A stretch of DNA of 64,000 nucleotides, from positions 10,036 through 74,035 of the forward strand of contig JAKSIU010000002.1 of NCBI GenBank assembly GCA_024398615.1, written 5' to 3'. The notes under the pieces were generated by a model that had not been told where the DNA came from, did not search any database, and was given only the letters and a program-made list of their open reading frames with translations. This DNA comes from Bacteroidaceae bacterium (GTDB taxonomy: Bacteria; Bacteroidota; Bacteroidia; Bacteroidales; Bacteroidaceae). The position numbers were made by a program, and so were the translations under genes. Positions 59,168 through 64,000 of the stretch are shown here, one piece after another; the first letter of the stretch is position 1; the number at the start of each line of letters is the position of its first letter.

Positions 59168-62116
59168 ATGAATTCACAGGAACCTGACTATGACGGACTC
59201 ATGTCCAAAAGAATACGCCGTATTCTGCTGGTCTGCAACAGCTATGACAGTTTTGCCCTGGAAGAGGACGGCCGCATTGAACAGCAGATAGTCCATGACT
59301 ATGCCCAGTTGAACATCAGCAATCCTCCTGACATTGTCCGTGTGGCAAATACGCTTGATGCACTTGAGATGGTGTCATCCGGTCAGCAGTTCGATCTGAT
59401 GATAACAATGTACAATGTGGGTGAACCTGGAGTGTTCGATTTCTCACTGCAGATGAAGAAACTGGCTCCGAACACTCCGATAGTGCTTCTGGCTACATTC
59501 TCGAAGGAGATATACAACCGCATTCAGGATCATGAACATTCCGGAATTGACTGGTTCTTCTGCTGGAACAACTCGACGGACCTGATCATTGCCATCATCA
59601 AGCTTCTTGAGGACCGCATGAATGCACAGCATGACATAGAGGAGTGCGGAGTGCGTGCCATTCTTCTGGTCGAGGATTCAGTCCGATATTATTCGACATA
59701 TCTGCCGGTCCTCTACAAGCTGGTACTGCAGCAGAACAGTGAGGCTATCCGTGATACATTGAACGAGAAGCAGCAGAACATGCGCAAGCGTTCGCGTCCT
59801 AAGATTCTCATGGCCAGCTGTTATGACGATGCCATTGAACTGTACGAACGATACAAGCAGAACATTCTTGGAGTGATTTCTGACATCGGATTCGTGGTGC
59901 ATCGCGATGACAAGCCGGAACAGGAGAAACTTGATGCGGGTATTGACCTGTGTCACCATATCCGTCAGGATAACCCCACAATGCCAATTCTCATGCAGTC
60001 GTCTCAGGAGAGCATGCGACAGGTGGCCGATCAGTTGGGCTGCGGTTTCGTGGTCAAGAAATCCAAGACTCTTACTCATGATCTGTCCGATTACATAGGG
60101 CGCGAGTTCGGATTCGGCGATTTCGTCGTCACCGATCCGCAGACCGGTGAAGAACTGCTGCGCGCGAATGACCTCTGGGGCTTTGAACGCATAGTCAAGG
60201 AGATATCGGACAGTGACCTGCGCCGCCTTTCTGACAAGAACTACATTTCGCGCTGGCTGTTTGCCCGCGGTCTTTTCGCCCTTGGAAAGAAGCTCAGACC
60301 TCTTACCATACGTGATGACTCGGACCTTCCCGAGATACGCCGCATCAATCTCGAAGTCATCCACGATTTCCGTATCAACCAGGGTGTGGGTGTGGTGGCC
60401 AAGTTCGATGCCAGGACATACAACGACACCATACGCTTTGCACGTCTTGGCGAAGGCTCGCTTGGCGGCAAGGGACGTGGCCTGGCTTTCCTCAACCATA
60501 TTCTGGTCAAGTATGACATGTATGACAAGTATGAGGACGTGCGTATTACCGTACCCCGCACTCTTGTCATCACGACAGACTTCTTTGACCGTTTCATCAT
60601 AGAAAACGGCCTGCAGTATGTGATCAATTCCGATGTCAGCGATGAGGAGGTGCTGAGCGAATTCGTGGCTTCGGCCCTTCCGTCGGAACTCACGGAAGCG
60701 CTCAGGTCATTCGTCCACAATGTGCGTCGTCCAATAGCCGTACGTTCCTCTTCGAAACTTGAGGATTCGTACTACCAGCCGTTTGCCGGGGTCTATTCCA
60801 CCTATATGATTCCCCATACTGAAAATGAGGATCAGGAAATCAGACTTCTTTCAAAGGCAATCAAGAGCGTGTACGCATCGGTCTATTTCTCGGCTTCAAA
60901 GGGCTACATAGCAGCTACTGCAAACGTAATCAGTGAAGAGAAGATGGCTATCATACTGCAGGAAGTCTGCGGAAGCCGTGATGGGGAATACTATTTCCCG
61001 ACATTCTCGGGCGTGGCGCGTTCCGTCAATTTCTATCCGATCGGTCACGAGCAACCTGAGGACGGTATAGTCAAGGTCGCATTCGGACTGGGCAAGGCTG
61101 TCGTCGATGGTGATCAGGTCTTGCGCTTCTCGCCGAAATATCCCAAACACGTTCTCCAGACATCGACTGTCGAGCAGGTCATGTCAGAAACGCAGAAGTA
61201 CATGTACGCCTTGAACCTGCAGCCTGAGAAATTCAAGACATCGGTCAACGATGCCGTGAACCTGGAGCGCATTGACGTGGCAGGTTGTGAAAAATTCAGG
61301 AATCTGAAGTTTGTGGCATCTACCTGGGACAACGAGAACATGCGTCTGGTAGATTCAACCTATCCCGAAGGACCGCGTTTCATAACTTTCTCGCAGATTC
61401 TCAAATACAGGACATTCCCTCTTCCCGAAATCATTTCAGAATTGCTTGAAATCGCAAAGACCGAAATGAAGTGCGGTGTGGAGATCGAGTTCGCGGCAGA
61501 TCTTGACAGAGGTGGAAAGGCCAAATTGCCAAAATTCAATGTCCTTCAGATCAGACCTATATCAGTTGACAGCAGAAATGTGGAGGTGAATTGGGATGAA
61601 GTCAATACTGACGGCTCATTTCTGGAATCATCCAGTGCACTCGGCACCGGTTGGATTGGTGGGGTGAGGGATGTCATCTATCTGAAGCCTCAGGCGTTTG
61701 ATACAGCCCATACTCAGGAGATGGCTGCCCAGCTCAAGGCTCGCAATGCCCAGCTTCGCGGTCAGAGCGAGGGCTATATCCTTCTTGGTTTCGGACGCTG
61801 GGGTTCCAGCATTCCCTCGTTGGGCGTACCTGTCCAGTGGAGCGACATTTCGCAGGCTCGTGCCATTGTTGAATGCTGTCTGGAGAATTTCAGGGTCGAT
61901 CCCAGTCAGGGAACCCATTTCTTCCAGAATCTGACCTCATTCAATGCCGGTTACATCAATGTCGATCCTTTTGCCGGGCGTGGGGACAGACTTGACTTTA
62001 GTGTTCTGGATTCCATGCCTGCGGTTTGGGAAACCGAATATATCCGTCAGGTGCGTTTTGACAGAGATATGGAAATATGCATAGACGGCCGTGCAAGCCG
62101 TGCTTTTATGAAATAA
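59168..62116 (+). CDS. Large cytoplasmic protein: two receiver-like (REC) domains fused to a PEP/pyruvate-binding (PPDK N-terminal ATP-grasp) domain
   Basis: The start is taken at MNSQEPDY (59168), because the ORF-track start lies inside the gdhA terminator. RILLVCNSYDS...FDLMITM is a degenerate receiver. RAILLVEDS...ILGVISDIGF is a second receiver with acidic residues retained. GSLGGKGRGLAFLN and the downstream region are typical of PEP-synthase/PPDK nucleotide-binding domains. Confidence 0.65.
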   Translation: MNSQEPDYDGLMSKRIRRILLVCNSYDSFALEEDGRIEQQIVHDYAQLNISNPPDIVRVANTLDALEMVSSGQQFDLMITMYNVGEPGVFDFSLQMKKLAPNTPIVLLATFSKEIYNRIQDHEHSGIDWFFCWNNSTDLIIAIIKLLEDRMNAQHDIEECGVRAILLVEDSVRYYSTYLPVLYKLVLQQNSEAIRDTLNEKQQNMRKRSRPKILMASCYDDAIELYERYKQNILGVISDIGFVVHRDDKPEQEKLDAGIDLCHHIRQDNPTMPILMQSSQESMRQVADQLGCGFVVKKSKTLTHDLSDYIGREFGFGDFVVTDPQTGEELLRANDLWGFERIVKEISDSDLRRLSDKNYISRWLFARGLFALGKKLRPLTIRDDSDLPEIRRINLEVIHDFRINQGVGVVAKFDARTYNDTIRFARLGEGSLGGKGRGLAFLNHILVKYDMYDKYEDVRITVPRTLVITTDFFDRFIIENGLQYVINSDVSDEEVLSEFVASALPSELTEALRSFVHNVRRPIAVRSSSKLEDSYYQPFAGVYSTYMIPHTENEDQEIRLLSKAIKSVYASVYFSASKGYIAATANVISEEKMAIILQEVCGSRDGEYYFPTFSGVARSVNFYPIGHEQPEDGIVKVAFGLGKAVVDGDQVLRFSPKYPKHVLQTSTVEQVMSETQKYMYALNLQPEKFKTSVNDAVNLERIDVAGCEKFRNLKFVASTWDNENMRLVDSTYPEGPRFITFSQILKYRTFPLPEIISELLEIAKTEMKCGVEIEFAADLDRGGKAKLPKFNVLQIRPISVDSRNVEVNWDEVNTDGSFLESSSALGTGWIGGVRDVIYLKPQAFDTAHTQEMAAQLKARNAQLRGQSEGYILLGFGRWGSSIPSLGVPVQWSDISQARAIVECCLENFRVDPSQGTHFFQNLTSFNAGYINVDPFAGRGDRLDFSVLDSMPAVWETEYIRQVRFDRDMEICIDGRASRAFMK

Positions 62117-62131
62117 AGACTTATTAGTGAT

Positions 62132-63556
62132 ATGATTACTTTTTCATTATGTCTTGTGGCCCTTGTGCTGGGCTATGTGTTTTACGGAAAGTTCCTGACA
62201 CGACTTCTTGGAGTTGAAGAGAAAAGGGTCACTCCTGCATTGTCGATGACTGACGGAGTTGACTATGTGCCTATGTCCAGATGGAAGGCTTTCATGATCC
62301 AGTTCCTGAACATTGCCGGACTGGGACCTATTTTCGGCGCTATCATGGGTGCCAAGTTCGGAACATCGTCATATCTGTGGATTGTCTTCGGTTCCATATT
62401 TGCAGGCGGTGTACATGATTACCTTTCGGGCATGATTTCAATCAGAAACAATGGTGAGAGCCTCACTTCGATTGTCGGACGCTATCTCGGTCCCACCATC
62501 CAGCAGGTATTCACTCTGTTCTCGCTTATCCTGATGATTCTGGTAGGTGTCGTGTTCGTGTCGCAGCCGGCAGATCTTCTGGCACGCCTCACTCCCGAAG
62601 TGCTGTCAGCGAATTTCTGGGTCGGTGCAATATTCGTCTATTATCTTTTTGCCACACTCTTTCCGGTTGACAAGATAATAGGCCGCATATATCCCATATT
62701 CGGTGCGCTGCTCATTTTCATGGCATTGGGTATTCTGGTGTCGCTTTACATCAACCAGCCCGACCTGCCCGAAATGTGGAACGGTTTCGGCACCAAGTAT
62801 GAAAAGGCTCCCATTTTCCCGATGATGTTCATATCCATTGCCTGCGGTGCAATCAGCGGATTCCACGCAACACAATCGCCGCTCATGGCCCGTTGTCTGA
62901 CCAATGAAACGTACGGCCGCAGCGTCTTTTACGGAGCAATGATAACCGAGGGAATCGTGGCACTGATCTGGGCCGCTGCCGCTACAGCATATTTCGGCGA
63001 AAACGGAACAGACCAGACAGCCGCCCAGATAGTCACTGAACTTTCCAGAACCTGGCTTGGTAAGGTTGGCGGTGTGATGGCTGTCCTTGGAGTGGTCGCA
63101 GCTCCAATCACATCGGGCGACACAGCTCTCCGTTCGGCACGTCTCATGATAGCCGATGCCCTGCACAATGAACAGAAATCAATCCGTCACCGTCTGGTAA
63201 TCAGCATTCCTCTGTTCGTGGTGACACTGGCAATCCTTCTTTTCAGTATGCATGACAAGGACGGTTTCAACATAATCTGGCGCTATTTCTCATGGTCCAA
63301 CCAGACATTGTCAGTATTTACCCTGTGGGCTATCACCGTTTTCCTTGTCAGAGAAGGAAAGCAGTATTTCATCACTCTGATTCCGGCACTGTTCATGACC
63401 ATGGTGACATCGGTCTACATTCTGGTTGCACCCGAAGGACTTGAATTGCCGTCTGCTCTGGCGTATGTCCTGGCTTCAGTGTTCACTCTTAATCTGCTGT
63501 ATTTCTTTATCCGTTGGAGAAAACATTTCCTTGATAAGCAAAAAAGTGCTAATTGA
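62132..63556 (+). CDS. cstA: Carbon starvation protein A family transporter (CstA/BtsT-type peptide or pyruvate transporter)
   Basis: 474 aa polytopic protein. FLNIAGLGPIFGAIMGAKFG and ACGAISGFHATQSP are typical CstA motifs. Confidence 0.85.
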   Translation: MITFSLCLVALVLGYVFYGKFLTRLLGVEEKRVTPALSMTDGVDYVPMSRWKAFMIQFLNIAGLGPIFGAIMGAKFGTSSYLWIVFGSIFAGGVHDYLSGMISIRNNGESLTSIVGRYLGPTIQQVFTLFSLILMILVGVVFVSQPADLLARLTPEVLSANFWVGAIFVYYLFATLFPVDKIIGRIYPIFGALLIFMALGILVSLYINQPDLPEMWNGFGTKYEKAPIFPMMFISIACGAISGFHATQSPLMARCLTNETYGRSVFYGAMITEGIVALIWAAAATAYFGENGTDQTAAQIVTELSRTWLGKVGGVMAVLGVVAAPITSGDTALRSARLMIADALHNEQKSIRHRLVISIPLFVVTLAILLFSMHDKDGFNIIWRYFSWSNQTLSVFTLWAITVFLVREGKQYFITLIPALFMTMVTSVYILVAPEGLELPSALAYVLASVFTLNLLYFFIRWRKHFLDKQKSAN

Positions 63557-63599
63557 TATAATATAACAAGCGGATTTCCGCCAAAAAAGAGTAATTTTG

Positions 63600-63643
63600 T
63601 CCGTCTTGGATTCTTGTGGGTTCAAGACGGGCTTTCTGTTTTC
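63600..63643 (+). terminator. Rho-independent terminator candidate after cstA
   Basis: Stem ccgtcttg (63601-63608) pairs with caagacgg (63623-63630), followed by gctttctgtttt. Confidence 0.55.
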
Positions 63644-63664
63644 AGAAAAGATTTCATTCAATAA

Positions 63665-64000
<336 letters not shown>

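Overview
This window looks like a chromosomal segment of a Bacteroidales (Bacteroidota) genome. The evidence is a SusC/SusD pair, many lipoprotein signal peptides, matches to the TAnnTTTG -7 promoter box, and tightly packed genes with 1-4 nt overlaps. Most of it is housekeeping: mnmA, xseAB, ilvE, trmB, apbC/mrp, hom, radA, pnuC, thrA-thrC, recJ-recQ, a DAHP synthase/chorismate mutase fusion, ansA, gdhA, cstA and the start of PFOR/nifJ. There are also several transport systems: a MATE pump, a K+/H+ antiporter, TolC-HlyD-2xABC-2, NatAB-like, and a FecCD permease with a distal binding protein. The accessory part is a xylan/arabinoxylan-type polysaccharide utilization locus at about 7.5-22.7 kb. 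It holds GH10, susC (interrupted by one in-frame TAG), susD, a DUF6057-like membrane protein paired with a CXXCH/PD40 lipoprotein, two CE1-type esterases, a lipoprotein, and a GH43-ricin enzyme. No CRISPR array, rRNA, tRNA, transposase, integrase or recognisable defence system was seen. Five things stand out. (1) A Gly/Phe-rich [12 protein letters not shown] low-complexity module recurs in four consecutive secreted PUL proteins with unrelated folds. (2) Two GC-rich foldback (MITE-like) elements are present, and a 1.35-kb coding desert is full of structured repeats. (3) susC carries an in-frame stop, and a relic copy of its leader and start lies upstream. (4) An uncharacterised membrane-protein/heme-motif beta-propeller gene pair sits inside the PUL. 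(5) A REC-REC-PEP/pyruvate-binding protein lies directly upstream of cstA and PFOR. All functional calls come from reading motifs in the supplied translations. No database search was run.
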